A stretch of DNA of 64,000 nt from Sedimentisphaeraceae bacterium JB056 (lineage in GTDB: Bacteria; Planctomycetota; Phycisphaerae; Sedimentisphaerales; Sedimentisphaeraceae), in the NCBI GenBank assembly GCA_044440125.1, contig JBITAJ010000011.1, forward strand, positions 64,001 through 128,000, written 5' to 3'. The notes under the pieces were generated by a model. The model saw only the letters and a list, made by a program, of their open reading frames with translations, was not told where the DNA came from and did no database searches. Shown in pieces: positions 29,035 through 38,520 of the stretch (position 1 is the stretch's first letter; the number at the start of each line of letters is the position of its first letter). The translations under genes and the position numbers were made by a program.

Positions 29035-30396
29035 CTACCTTAAACGCGCAAGCTCGGAAACATAACCACCGTCCAAACCAAAACTTACGTCACTTGGAAG
29101 GGTCAATTCCGACTCTTTCAACCGAAAACAATCTAAGTTTTTCAAAAGCCTGTGCAAAACCTGTGCATTTTCTCTTTCATCAATGCTGCAAGTGCTATAA
29201 AATATTTGTTCACAAGACTTAAGCTCTGCGGCACATTTGTAGAGCAAATTTAGTCCTATATCAGCCAACTGAGATACGGACTGCTGAGTAACTCTATATC
29301 TGGCTTCCAGTCGTTTCGCCAAAACACCTGTGTTGGAACATGGAGCATCAATCAATACCGAATTGATACGTGGTAAACCTGCGGCATATTTAAATATATC
29401 ATCATACTCAACGATCTCAATATTCTCAAGCTTCAATCGTGATGCATTCTCTCTGACAAGATCAAGCCGCTTACTGTTTATATCTGTAGCAATGACTTTG
29501 CCCGTACCCATAAGCAGTTCAGCAATATGAGTGGTCTTGGTACCCGGTGCAGCACACAGGTCAACCACGACATCACCGGCCTTGGGAGCCATGAACCTTG
29601 CGACCTTTGCCGCAGTCTTGTCCTGAACGCAGAAAAGCCCCTCATTATATCCAGGCAAAGAATGAACATTCTCTGATTTACCAAAATTCTCGATAACAAT
29701 AAGCCCATCATCAGTAACAGTGCTTTTAACACCCGCTGACTCAAACAGTATACAAAGCTCAGATGCGGTTGTTATTGTTGAATTAGGACGAATATAGATT
29801 GATGGAACACGATTGGAGGCAGAACATATATTAAAGGCCTCATCAGCCCCATAGCTTTTAATCCAATCTTTGACAAGCCACCTGGGAAATGAAAACATAC
29901 AGTTCAAATAGCCTGCAAGGTCATACGCAGGATCAGGAGCTACATCTTTCTTTAACTCACACCCCCTGCCCTTTGTGGTCGGAATGATAGACTTGCTCAA
30001 AGAATAATGTTTGTCACGATCTATGATGTGCCTCTGAATATTCCTCAACACCGCATTGACAAAACCCCGCTTATGCTTATTCTTGAATGGAGAGACCGCT
30101 TCATTTATCACCGCATACAAAGGAGTTTGCGGCTTATAGACCATCTCATATACGGCCACACGCAGGCAATTCATAACCTGCTTGTCTACCCTGTTTTCTT
30201 TGACTCCGGCAATCTCTTTAAGTATGGCATCAATTGCAAAACGATTTCTCAGAACACCGCTGGTGTAATCAAGAACAGCCGCCCTGTTGCCAATATTGCT
30301 TCTGCCTATAACCTCTGCGATATTTTCCGTTGAAGGATCAAATCCGCTAAGAAGGTTTGCTGAAAATAAACGTGTTTTTTCGACTTGCTTAGACAT
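29035..30396 (-). CDS. rsmB: 16S rRNA m5C967 methyltransferase RsmB (NusB-like N-terminus)
   Basis: GFVNAVLR, VQD, DLCAAPGTKT, DAPCSNTG and YSTCS motifs; directly downstream of fmt. Confidence 0.9.
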   Translation of the reverse strand: MSKQVEKTRLFSANLLSGFDPSTENIAEVIGRSNIGNRAAVLDYTSGVLRNRFAIDAILKEIAGVKENRVDKQVMNCLRVAVYEMVYKPQTPLYAVINEAVSPFKNKHKRGFVNAVLRNIQRHIIDRDKHYSLSKSIIPTTKGRGCELKKDVAPDPAYDLAGYLNCMFSFPRWLVKDWIKSYGADEAFNICSASNRVPSIYIRPNSTITTASELCILFESAGVKSTVTDDGLIVIENFGKSENVHSLPGYNEGLFCVQDKTAAKVARFMAPKAGDVVVDLCAAPGTKTTHIAELLMGTGKVIATDINSKRLDLVRENASRLKLENIEIVEYDDIFKYAAGLPRINSVLIDAPCSNTGVLAKRLEARYRVTQQSVSQLADIGLNLLYKCAAELKSCEQIFYSTCSIDERENAQVLHRLLKNLDCFRLKESELTLPSDVSFGLDGGYVSELARLR

Positions 30397-31351
30397 TATC
30401 CGGCTCTACGCTCATAAAAAGGTCGTGAGGTCCAGAACACCGGCCATTCTCAAAATCAGCAAAATCCATCAGGTGACTGTTCGCGGGTTTCAAACGCAAT
30501 ATCTTCAACGCCCCTTCTCCACAAACAACATTCATATTCTCATCAAAACGGCCCACCGCCTCCGGTGCATTCTCGCTTCTTTCAACAGCAACAGCTTCCG
30601 CTATCGTAATCTGTACACATTTTCCCGTCTGACCAATAACATATTCAGTTTTAACACCAGGCCAAGGCCACAGTCCTCTGACCTTGTTCGCTATATTCTT
30701 GGCAGTGTTGTTCCAATCGATAAAACCGTCTTTCTTTTTGAGTTTCCTGGCAAATGTAACCTTACTCTCATCCTGCGTCTCAAATACAGCCGTTCCATTG
30801 CCTATCTTCTCGATTGTATCAAGAAGCAGCGGCGGGCTTATGATAGCCAGCTTATCGTGAAGTGTTTTGGCATTCTCATCATCACGAATCTCAACTTCAG
30901 CCTTGCCAAGCATGAAACCGGCATCCATTTTTTCTGCAAGTGTTATTATCGTAACACCAGAATGGGTCTTGCCGTCAATTATTGCCCAGTTTATAGGTGC
31001 CGCTCCGCGATAATCCGGCAAGAGCGATGCATGGACATTGATGGCTTCATATTTTGCGGACTTGATAAATTCCTGCCCTATCTTCTGTCCAAATGCTATT
31101 ACAACAGAAAGATCAGGCTTAATTTCATTCATAAGTTCGATTATTTCAGGAGCGTTTATGCATTCGGCCTCACTGCATGGCAAATCATTATCCGCAGCCC
31201 ATTGAGCAACCGCGGTAGGACGAAGAGCCCTTCCTCGACCTGCACGATGCGCAGGCTGGGTGATTACATGAGCAAGCTGATGCTCGGAGCTTTTAATAGC
31301 TTCCAGCGATGGAATACCGAATGGACTGGAACCGCAATACACTATCTTCAT
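30389..31351 (-). CDS. fmt: Methionyl-tRNA formyltransferase
   Basis: VITQP, INVHASLLPDYRGAAPINWAI, MDAG and PWP motifs. Confidence 0.96.
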   Translation of the reverse strand: MKIVYCGSSPFGIPSLEAIKSSEHQLAHVITQPAHRAGRGRALRPTAVAQWAADNDLPCSEAECINAPEIIELMNEIKPDLSVVIAFGQKIGQEFIKSAKYEAINVHASLLPDYRGAAPINWAIIDGKTHSGVTIITLAEKMDAGFMLGKAEVEIRDDENAKTLHDKLAIISPPLLLDTIEKIGNGTAVFETQDESKVTFARKLKKKDGFIDWNNTAKNIANKVRGLWPWPGVKTEYVIGQTGKCVQITIAEAVAVERSENAPEAVGRFDENMNVVCGEGALKILRLKPANSHLMDFADFENGRCSGPHDLFMSVEPDNV

Positions 31352-31533
31352 AGAGACTTATCCATAAACAAATTAAACTTACAACTCTGATACAGTATCA
31401 TTTATATGTATCAGATTCCTGAAAAACTTAAAAATGACAGGTTTTAAAAAACCGGTCATTTTATCTTTATCTTAACAACATTACTCCAACTCCGGTCAAA
31501 TAATGTTCAACCTTCCGCAAAAACACAAGGAAC

Positions 31534-32061
31534 TCAGCCAGCCTGAGAGCTTTTATAGTCTTCTATAAGAGCCTCTACCGCACGGCGATGCTTGATCTTT
31601 GCTATAGTCGTCATCTTATCAACTATCGTCTTGCCTTCAAGATGGTCGTATTCATGCTGAATACATCTTGCAAGAAGCTCATCAGCTTCTATAACAAATT
31701 CCTTACCATCAAGACCCAATGCCTTGACAGTAACCTTTGAGGGCCTCTTAATATTAGTATAAATACCCGGTACAGACAAACATCCCTCCTGCCCGGCCTC
31801 AATCGACCCGTAAGTCTTGATCTCAGGGTTTATAAATACAATAGCATCTTCAGCATTGCCCTCAAGGCTTATAACGAACATTCTCAAACTCACATTAGCC
31901 TGAGGAGCCGCAAGACCAATGCCGTTTTCCTCGATCATCATATCGATCATCTTCTCGGCAAGCTCTACGATACTTTCGTCAATTTTCTCTACAGGCAAAG
32001 CCTTTTTCCTGAGTATCTCTGCCGGATATTTAGTTAATTTACAATTACTTAAGTCAATCAT
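31534..32061 (-). CDS. def: Peptide deformylase
   Basis: GIGLAAPQ, EGCLS and QHEYDHL motifs. Confidence 0.97.
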   Translation of the reverse strand: MIDLSNCKLTKYPAEILRKKALPVEKIDESIVELAEKMIDMMIEENGIGLAAPQANVSLRMFVISLEGNAEDAIVFINPEIKTYGSIEAGQEGCLSVPGIYTNIKRPSKVTVKALGLDGKEFVIEADELLARCIQHEYDHLEGKTIVDKMTTIAKIKHRRAVEALIEDYKSSQAG

Positions 32062-32216
32062 TTTCTTCTAATCACTTTTAGTCTCGAAAGACCGAAATTC
32101 AAAAAATCAATATGGATACAATATATCAGAAATACAAGCCCTACCGCAAGGACTTTCATAATAGTTTACGTAAAAAAGTGAAATATGTGTGCTTTTTTTG
32201 AAAAAAGCTCGAAAAA

Positions 32217-32786
32217 TCAGTTCTCAGAATTTGCCTTCTGAAGTCTGCGGTTTTGTATCATAACCTTTCTCCTGTGCTTTGATATGCTTCGGAAAGTAAG
32301 TTTATACGCCAAAGCCGCTATCGGAATACCGATAATCACACCGCCTATGAAAAGTTCAAGACCTATCCTTGTGAACAAATGCCAGAAACTTTGCCAGAAA
32401 TCAGCTTCAAAAACACTGTCAAAATCGATTTTTCGAATTATTGCACTGAAGCATTTCACTATTTCCTGCGGAGTCATCGCCGGCTTAGGATTGAATATAT
32501 TCAGAATCTTACGGCCCACAATATATGATGGGTAATATATAGGTATAAGAGTAAGTACATTACTGATCCATACAAACGAAAGCGTAGCAAACTTATTCAC
32601 CTTGAATATAAGTGATACAAGCAGACCAAGGAGTAGATGAAGTCCAATAAAAGGGGTATAAGCCACTAAAATACCGGCAAATACGCCGCCGGCAATTCGC
32701 TCGGGCTCATCATCTATATGCAATACTCGAAATTCAATGAATTCGATCGCAGGTCGCAGCATTCTTAAAATCTTACGTTTGGGCAT
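32217..32786 (-). CDS. DUF2062 family membrane protein
   Basis: DEPERIAGGVFAG, PFIGLH and WISN pattern; TM helices. Confidence 0.75.
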   Translation of the reverse strand: MPKRKILRMLRPAIEFIEFRVLHIDDEPERIAGGVFAGILVAYTPFIGLHLLLGLLVSLIFKVNKFATLSFVWISNVLTLIPIYYPSYIVGRKILNIFNPKPAMTPQEIVKCFSAIIRKIDFDSVFEADFWQSFWHLFTRIGLELFIGGVIIGIPIAALAYKLTFRSISKHRRKVMIQNRRLQKANSEN

Positions 32787-32787
32787 C

Positions 32788-33831
32788 TTATATCTTCTGG
32801 TTGTTCTGCTGCAGCAACACCTTCTCGTAGACTTGCTGCAATGTTATCTGCTTTATCGAATGTTTTGGATCGCTGCTTCTCAATTTAAGTCCTCGGCCGT
32901 CAAAATCGTTTACCGCCATCGCATCCATCCTGTTATAAGGATAAAGCCTGATTGGATTTGTGTAGCCGAATATTATGACTGCCGGCCGTTTAGTCGCTAT
33001 GGCGATATGTCCCGGGCCCGTGTCATTGCTTATTATAAGCTTTGACATATGCATCAGGGCCACTAATTGAGGCAGATTGGTCTTGCCGGTAAGGTCTACA
33101 ACCGGCGCGTCAGTGGTGCTTATTATTTCCTTTGCTGCGGGAGTATCTGCCGGCGTGCCTACGATCACTATCTGGCCGCCGTTATCAGCCACTATTTTTT
33201 CCGCAAGAGCACCAAACTTCTCGCTCTGCCAGCATTTGTTTGGTTCGGAAGCTCCTGCCACGAATATACGGAAATTGTCGGGGTCGACTCCGTTATCCTT
33301 CAGCAACTTGACGCAATAGTCCATTGCTTCCGGCTCAGGAGGAAGGATAAACTCAACTGAAACATCCTCGGCTCCGGTTTGTGCCACAATTTTCTGATAA
33401 TAGTCAATGACATGCCGTGAGTTTTCGGGAGGAGAGACTTTTTTCGTATAGAAAATTGGAGCCATCTCTCTGGCCGTCTGCATTCCGAACCTGTTTTTCG
33501 ACCTTGTCAGCCATGTAAGTATACCTGAGCGGAACAATCCCTGAAGGTCGAGAACCAGATCGAAGCTGCCGTCGCGAAGTTTTCCTACAAGCTCCTTGAG
33601 CTCGCTGAATGACTTTCTATCACGCCACCATCTGCTCAAAAGCTTCCTGTCGAAGATTATAACCTCATCGAGTTCAGGATGATTAGCGATTAACGGGGCA
33701 AACTCTTTGCGTACAAGCCAACTTATATGCGCATCGGGATAGGCCTTTCGCAGCGAATGCAGCGAAGGCAAAGCCGTTGTTATATCACCTATTGCAGAAG
33801 GTTTAACTATTAATATTCTCTCGTAATTCAC
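32788..33831 (-). CDS. Glycosyltransferase family 9 (LPS heptosyltransferase, WaaC/WaaF-like)
   Basis: ILIVKPSAIGD, DLQGLFRS, DLTGKTNL and NDTGPGHIA motifs. Confidence 0.92.
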   Translation of the reverse strand: MNYERILIVKPSAIGDITTALPSLHSLRKAYPDAHISWLVRKEFAPLIANHPELDEVIIFDRKLLSRWWRDRKSFSELKELVGKLRDGSFDLVLDLQGLFRSGILTWLTRSKNRFGMQTAREMAPIFYTKKVSPPENSRHVIDYYQKIVAQTGAEDVSVEFILPPEPEAMDYCVKLLKDNGVDPDNFRIFVAGASEPNKCWQSEKFGALAEKIVADNGGQIVIVGTPADTPAAKEIISTTDAPVVDLTGKTNLPQLVALMHMSKLIISNDTGPGHIAIATKRPAVIIFGYTNPIRLYPYNRMDAMAVNDFDGRGLKLRSSDPKHSIKQITLQQVYEKVLLQQNNQKI

Positions 33832-34124
33832 AGAAAAGGACCGAAAAGAATTTATATATAATCAATCAAGGACACACTTAATACTGCATGAGCAGAACAT
33901 ATTATATTTCAATGTCCAGAGTAAAGGACTTCGAAATGTCAGGTTTTATGCCGTTTAAGACACAAAGCGATGATTATATATTAACCGATATAAATAGCAA
34001 CCCTGTAGATAAAAGGTTTTTTGCCGTAAGCTGGGTTGAATTCCAGATTAATCCTGTTTTAAGCCATCTCACTCTTACGCCTTTATATTAACTTGCGCGT
34101 TTGTGTCTTTTTAATAGCAGTAGC

Positions 34125-34157
34125 AATTAAGAATTACGAATTTAGAATTAGGAATGG
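34125..34157. repeat. Degenerate 7-bp tandem repeat
   Basis: AATTAAG AATTACG AATTTAG AATTAGG AATGG. Confidence 0.75.
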
Positions 34158-34641
34158 TGGTGTTCGCTTTGCTCACGATTTTATGGGCAGAGCCGATTGC
34201 AGGGGTTGGGTTTGGTGGTGTAAGTTGTTGGGGATAAGTTAGTTATGGAATAAGATGCCCGCTTCCTTCCGGGCGCGGTACTGTTGGTAGCGTGGGCTAT
34301 TAATTGATAATTTAGGATTTTTTATTTTTGTTGGATTTGGCAGAGGTTAAATGAGCGATTTTGTGCGAAAATGCAAGCAACTTGGACACTTGGTTTCTCT
34401 CGAATAGCAAGATAGTATAACTTTTTTTGACCTGAATTCGACCGAAAGTGGTCTCAAATGCGCCCAAACGCGCGCTTTTTGATCGTTTTTTAGTGATTTT
34501 CATTCAAAAAGGGGCTGAATTTGAAAAAGTCTCACGGTTTTTGGAAAAAATTGGAGTTTCATGATATTATCGTGCTGTTTTCTGGTTTTAGAGGCTGTAA
34601 AACAGGTTTTTAACCACGAATCACACGAAGTGGCACGAAAG

Positions 34642-34681
34642 AATTTAGAATTTAGAATTTAGAATCTGGAATTAGGAATGG
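34642..34681. repeat. Degenerate 7-bp tandem repeat (second copy)
   Basis: AATTTAG x3, AATCTGG, AATTAGG, AATGG. Confidence 0.8.
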
Positions 34682-35061
34682 GAAAGTTCGGTGAAGCTCA
34701 CACTGTTCTTTTGACGGGATTACAGGATTTTACAGGATGTAGATTTAATAGACAATGGGTAATTGAGAATGATAGAAATTGGCCGCTTAATGCTGGATGT
34801 AAAACGTGTTTGCTGGGGGAGACTTCTTTCTTGCATAACTCTGCACCGAAAATATAATAGTTTATTATTATTATGATTATGACAATAAAACTTTTGACAG
34901 TTTTAATGGTTTTGATTATGATACAGATGATTATAGTTGTAAGTATTTATTAAAAATGGAATTAAAGAGCAAGGAAAAAACCTGCCCCTTTAATTCCTCT
35001 GAACAAGTAAATTGTACTATTAAATAATTAGCTTTTCCCATGCGATTTTGAAGGGTAAATT

Positions 35062-35556
35062 ATGAAAAGCGATCCAGAGAAACAAGAATTGATCGGCTTA
35101 GAAATCCCAGAGTCATTGACAAAAAGACCTGCATGGGCACGTCTGGAAAACCAATTAGAATGGTATGATAATAAAAGTTGCCATTGTCAACGTTGGTATA
35201 AGAGATTTAAGGTAGCACAGATAATACTAGCTGTTTCTGTACCAATTTTGACTCATTTACCTAGTAGTTGGGCAACATGGTTAACTTCTATTGCTGGTGG
35301 CCTTATTGCGGTAATAGAAGCTATTCAGCACCTCAATCAATATTCTACACTTTGGGTCACATACCGTTCAACTGCAGAGCGGTTAAAGCATGAAAAATTT
35401 CTTTTTTTGTCTGAAGCAGGTCCATATATGGATCTTAATGATTCGGATAGGTTGATTTTACTTGCAGAAAGAGTAGAAGAGCATGTTTCCACAGAGCATG
35501 CAAACTGGTTCAATGAAACGCAAAAAGTTATCCATAAGGACAGGAAAGAGTCCTAA
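35062..35556 (+). CDS. DUF4231 / SLATT-type two-TM effector protein
   Basis: RLENQLEWYDNKS, two TM helices, and WVTYRSTAERLKHEKFLFLSEAGPY...LAERVE, characteristic of DUF4231. Confidence 0.8.
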   Translation: MKSDPEKQELIGLEIPESLTKRPAWARLENQLEWYDNKSCHCQRWYKRFKVAQIILAVSVPILTHLPSSWATWLTSIAGGLIAVIEAIQHLNQYSTLWVTYRSTAERLKHEKFLFLSEAGPYMDLNDSDRLILLAERVEEHVSTEHANWFNETQKVIHKDRKES

Positions 35557-35558
35557 TG

Positions 35559-37034
35559 CAATACTGTTCGGCACCCCATTTGCTAAATCTTATTTACAAT
35601 GGTTAATTATATCGTGGTTGCATTGTATTTCAATCTGTAAAGTGTTGGAAGTTGGATATCGAATGCTTGTTCTGATATTTTCGCGCATGCTCAAGGGCGA
35701 AAGATTGACAAAACAATTTTTCTTAGCGGAAGGTTCAGGATTTTTTCGACTTGTTCTTTTCTATAGTTTTGAGGCGTTTGATATGGTTTTCGAGATCTTC
35801 ATCAGCAGCAAGACCAAGCATGTAGTATTGTAGCATCTCAAGAGTAGCTTTAGTAGGTTTCCTCTCAGTCCAGAGCATGATCAACATGCAAGCAATGATT
35901 GCTATATTCATCTCAAGTCTTACGCCGTTTTCCGTACGGCAGAGCAAATGGTTACATCCAAGCAAGTGTTTGAAATATCTGAAGAATATCTCTATTTCCC
36001 ATCTGCTTTTATATATGGCACCGATCATAGTTGCCGGTAAATCAAGCTCATTGGTTACAATAAGGATAGTTTCGCCTTGCCTTGGTCCGCCTCTGCCAAG
36101 TTTAACGCCTTGTTTGTGCGGCTTGCATGCAATCTCAACAATACGAACCGGCGAAGCCAGATCTCCGGTTTTTCCAAGTTTCACAACTGTATCACGCACA
36201 ATACCAGAATTAAGTGCCTTACGGCTGAGCTCTCTTTCTTCAATAACTTCAAAAATACTATTGTCTCTGATTCTGACGACAAAACTGCTTTGGATATCAA
36301 TTATCGCCTGCATGAGCGTGTGTTTTGCGTAGCCCCTGTCCATTACATAACATTTGCCTTTTTCAAGTAACTCTGCGAGAACTTTCTTCTCGGATACATT
36401 GGCATTTGTAACTTTGGTAAACATCGGCACATTATTGTTGAGATTGTAAAGGAAATGGCACTTAAGAGCCTTGTTATCGCCTTTACTGCCATAAACTGCC
36501 CAGAGCATCTCTTTGACAGCAGGAATAACAGTGCCATCAACAAGGAGTATATCAGAGCTGTATTTATAGACCGGTTGCTGTGATAAACTTCTGACTTCTG
36601 AGAAGAGTTTGTCAATTATTGGTTCCAGCAAAGCACTGTCAAAGGTATGTTGTGCCTCAGAAAGAGTTGACAGTCCGGTTCGCTTGAAACCAAACTTTTT
36701 ACATACGTCTTTAAGCTCTGAACTTCGTTGTATAGAACGCAGAGAATCGCACATCGGACTGAACATATACATCAAAAACATTGCTATATATTCATCCATG
36801 TGTAAAGTTCGCTTATTCGGACGCAAAGGATCTATTGCTATCTCATGCAATGGTTTAAGCAATTTAGTGACTTGCTTAAGGAGCTTAGCACCTCTGATAT
36901 CCGACGTTTTTATCTTCTTTTTTGCCACAAATGAAATTATGGCTAAAACCTGCGCATGCGCAAGTTAGGATTTGGTTAGATGTTAGCAAGTAGACTATTA
37001 GGATGCATAGCAAATGGGGTGCCGAACAGTATTG
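35559..37034 (-). mobile_element. IS4 family insertion sequence (1476 bp)
   Basis: Perfect 27-bp terminal IRs CAATACTGTTCGGCACCCCATTTGCTA (35559-35585) and its reverse complement (37008-37034); no flanking direct repeat. Confidence 0.93.
35735..36928 (-). CDS. IS4 family DDE transposase
   Basis: LVDGT, MDRGY and YKSRWEIEIFFRYFK (YREK signature). Confidence 0.95.
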   Translation of the reverse strand: MAKKKIKTSDIRGAKLLKQVTKLLKPLHEIAIDPLRPNKRTLHMDEYIAMFLMYMFSPMCDSLRSIQRSSELKDVCKKFGFKRTGLSTLSEAQHTFDSALLEPIIDKLFSEVRSLSQQPVYKYSSDILLVDGTVIPAVKEMLWAVYGSKGDNKALKCHFLYNLNNNVPMFTKVTNANVSEKKVLAELLEKGKCYVMDRGYAKHTLMQAIIDIQSSFVVRIRDNSIFEVIEERELSRKALNSGIVRDTVVKLGKTGDLASPVRIVEIACKPHKQGVKLGRGGPRQGETILIVTNELDLPATMIGAIYKSRWEIEIFFRYFKHLLGCNHLLCRTENGVRLEMNIAIIACMLIMLWTERKPTKATLEMLQYYMLGLAADEDLENHIKRLKTIEKNKSKKS

Positions 37035-37963
37035 TAACAGGACTCATTGTAAATAAAAAAATAAATGTCAAAAGAGAGTATTATAAAATTGCAAGGTCAA
37101 TGTGTTATGAACTTTTTAATACGGGTGAATTCTATTTACCCAATACAAGTAAATCTTCAGATGAAGCGGATGGTAATGTTGACAAAGGCAGAATGACACA
37201 GCTTGAAGGTATTCTGAATTTTATATATAAAATTAAAAGGCCTTATGATACTGATACACCAGGACATAGAAAATATCATCCAAATGCAATAACAAAACTA
37301 TATAGAACATTTTTGTTTTATAAAAATTTTCACTCTACGCAAATGCCGGTGATTGTATGTGAGGGAAAGACAGATATTATTTACCTCAAATGTGCATTAA
37401 AAAAGTTAGCTACAATATATAATGAATTTGTTGAAATCAGTGATGGTGGTACAGAATTTAAACTTGAATTTCTGAATTTTTCAAATAATTTTCGTGATGT
37501 TTTTGCTATATCAACTGGGACATCGGGATTAAAGTATTTAATTGAGATATATAAAGATTATATGTCTAAGTTTAAGGTAGGCGGAAGGGCTTTTCCTGTT
37601 ATTATCATTATTGATAATGATGAAGGAGCAGAAGAAATAAAGAAATTACTGAAGATTAAAAAGAATGATGACGTTGAAGATTTTTACCATGTTGAATCTA
37701 ACTTATATTTGTTAATTATACCTAAAGATAAAGATAAAGCTATAGAGGATTTATTTGAACCTGGAGTGCTCAATAAAGAAATAGAGGGAAAAGTCTTTAA
37801 CCGTAAAAAAAAACTTGATGCGGAAAAAGAATATGGGAAAATTGTTTTTGCCGAAAAAGTTGTAAGAGAAAATCAACAATATATAAAATTTGATGGTTTC
37901 AAGGACGTTTTTGACCGGTTGAAAGCTGTAATTGACAACTATAACAGCAATATAGACAAATGA
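37035..37963 (+). pseudogene. 5'-truncated retron Ec67-like RT-TOPRIM fusion gene (RT motif 7/thumb plus TOPRIM nuclease)
   Basis: Begins at VTGLIVNKKIN (retron RT region 7) right at the IS end, then LEGILNFI, KLYRTFLFYKNF, PVIVCEGKTDIIYLKCAL and PVIIIIDND (TOPRIM E and DxD). The YADD catalytic region is absent. Confidence 0.8.
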
Positions 37964-37998
37964 ACATCGCTGTTATAGTTAAGCTATGTTTCGGACTT

Positions 37999-38262
37999 TT
38001 ACAGCTTTCTATAGACGTCTTTTCTGTGGGCAATTCTGACAACTAAAATAATCAGTTTGTCATTTTCGATTTTATATATTACGCGGTAATCACCAGCCCG
38101 CAAACGGAATAAACCATCCATTCCGGACAATTTCTTTGACTGATTTGGTGTTGGATTGGATGCCAGCTTTCGCAGAGCTGTGCTCAATTTTTTCTGAACA
38201 TTTTTGTTTTGTTTCAGATAAAATTTTTCCGGCTCTTTTGTCAGTTCAATTTTATACATCAC
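37999..38262 (-). CDS. RelE/ParE family toxin
   Basis: SKKLSGMDGLFRLRAGDYRVIY...IAHRKDVYR. Confidence 0.92.
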   Translation of the reverse strand: MMYKIELTKEPEKFYLKQNKNVQKKLSTALRKLASNPTPNQSKKLSGMDGLFRLRAGDYRVIYKIENDKLIILVVRIAHRKDVYRKL

Positions 38263-38274
38263 AATCCTTTGTGA

Positions 38275-38520
38275 TTATAGGCTGGCTTTTTTCTCAACTT
38301 CGTCGAGCGAAACCCTGTAGTTTTCTTTTAGGGCTTTTTGGGCAGCTTCCAGATCCTGCTTTTCTTCGATTGCCTCTAATAACGCGGCATCCTGTTCGGA
38401 AACCATTACAAAGGCAGTTTCTCCATTACGTTCAACGCGTATACGTTCGCCCTTGAAAGCAACTATATCAGCCAGTTTTCGAATTTTTGTTCTCAAATCT
38501 GTTATTGTTATTGAAAGCAT
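38275..38520 (-). CDS. Phd/YefM-type antitoxin
   Basis: ITITDLRTKI...GERIRVERNGETAFVMVS, acidic tail, directly upstream of the toxin. Confidence 0.85.
   Translation of the reverse strand: MLSITITDLRTKIRKLADIVAFKGERIRVERNGETAFVMVSEQDAALLEAIEEKQDLEAAQKALKENYRVSLDEVEKKASL

Noticed and set aside
30287..31390. 367-aa plus-strand ORF
   Set aside because: Antisense to fmt/rsmB; no motifs.
31386..31462. Two inverted repeats between def and fmt (CTGATACA/TGTATCAG; AAAATGAC...GTCATTTT)
   Set aside because: Plausible terminator or operator, but nothing supports an ncRNA or a specific function.
34125..34681. Possible CRISPR array
   Set aside because: Units are 7-9 bp with no unique spacers, and there are no cas genes.
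34700..35061. Retron msr-msd ncRNA
   Set aside because: Only one imperfect hairpin is visible; no a1/a2 repeats or branching G can be assigned by eye.
37934..37985. Integron attC site after the TOPRIM gene
   Set aside because: The 12-bp IR spans only ~44 bp, the R'' box is poor, and there is no second attC or intI.
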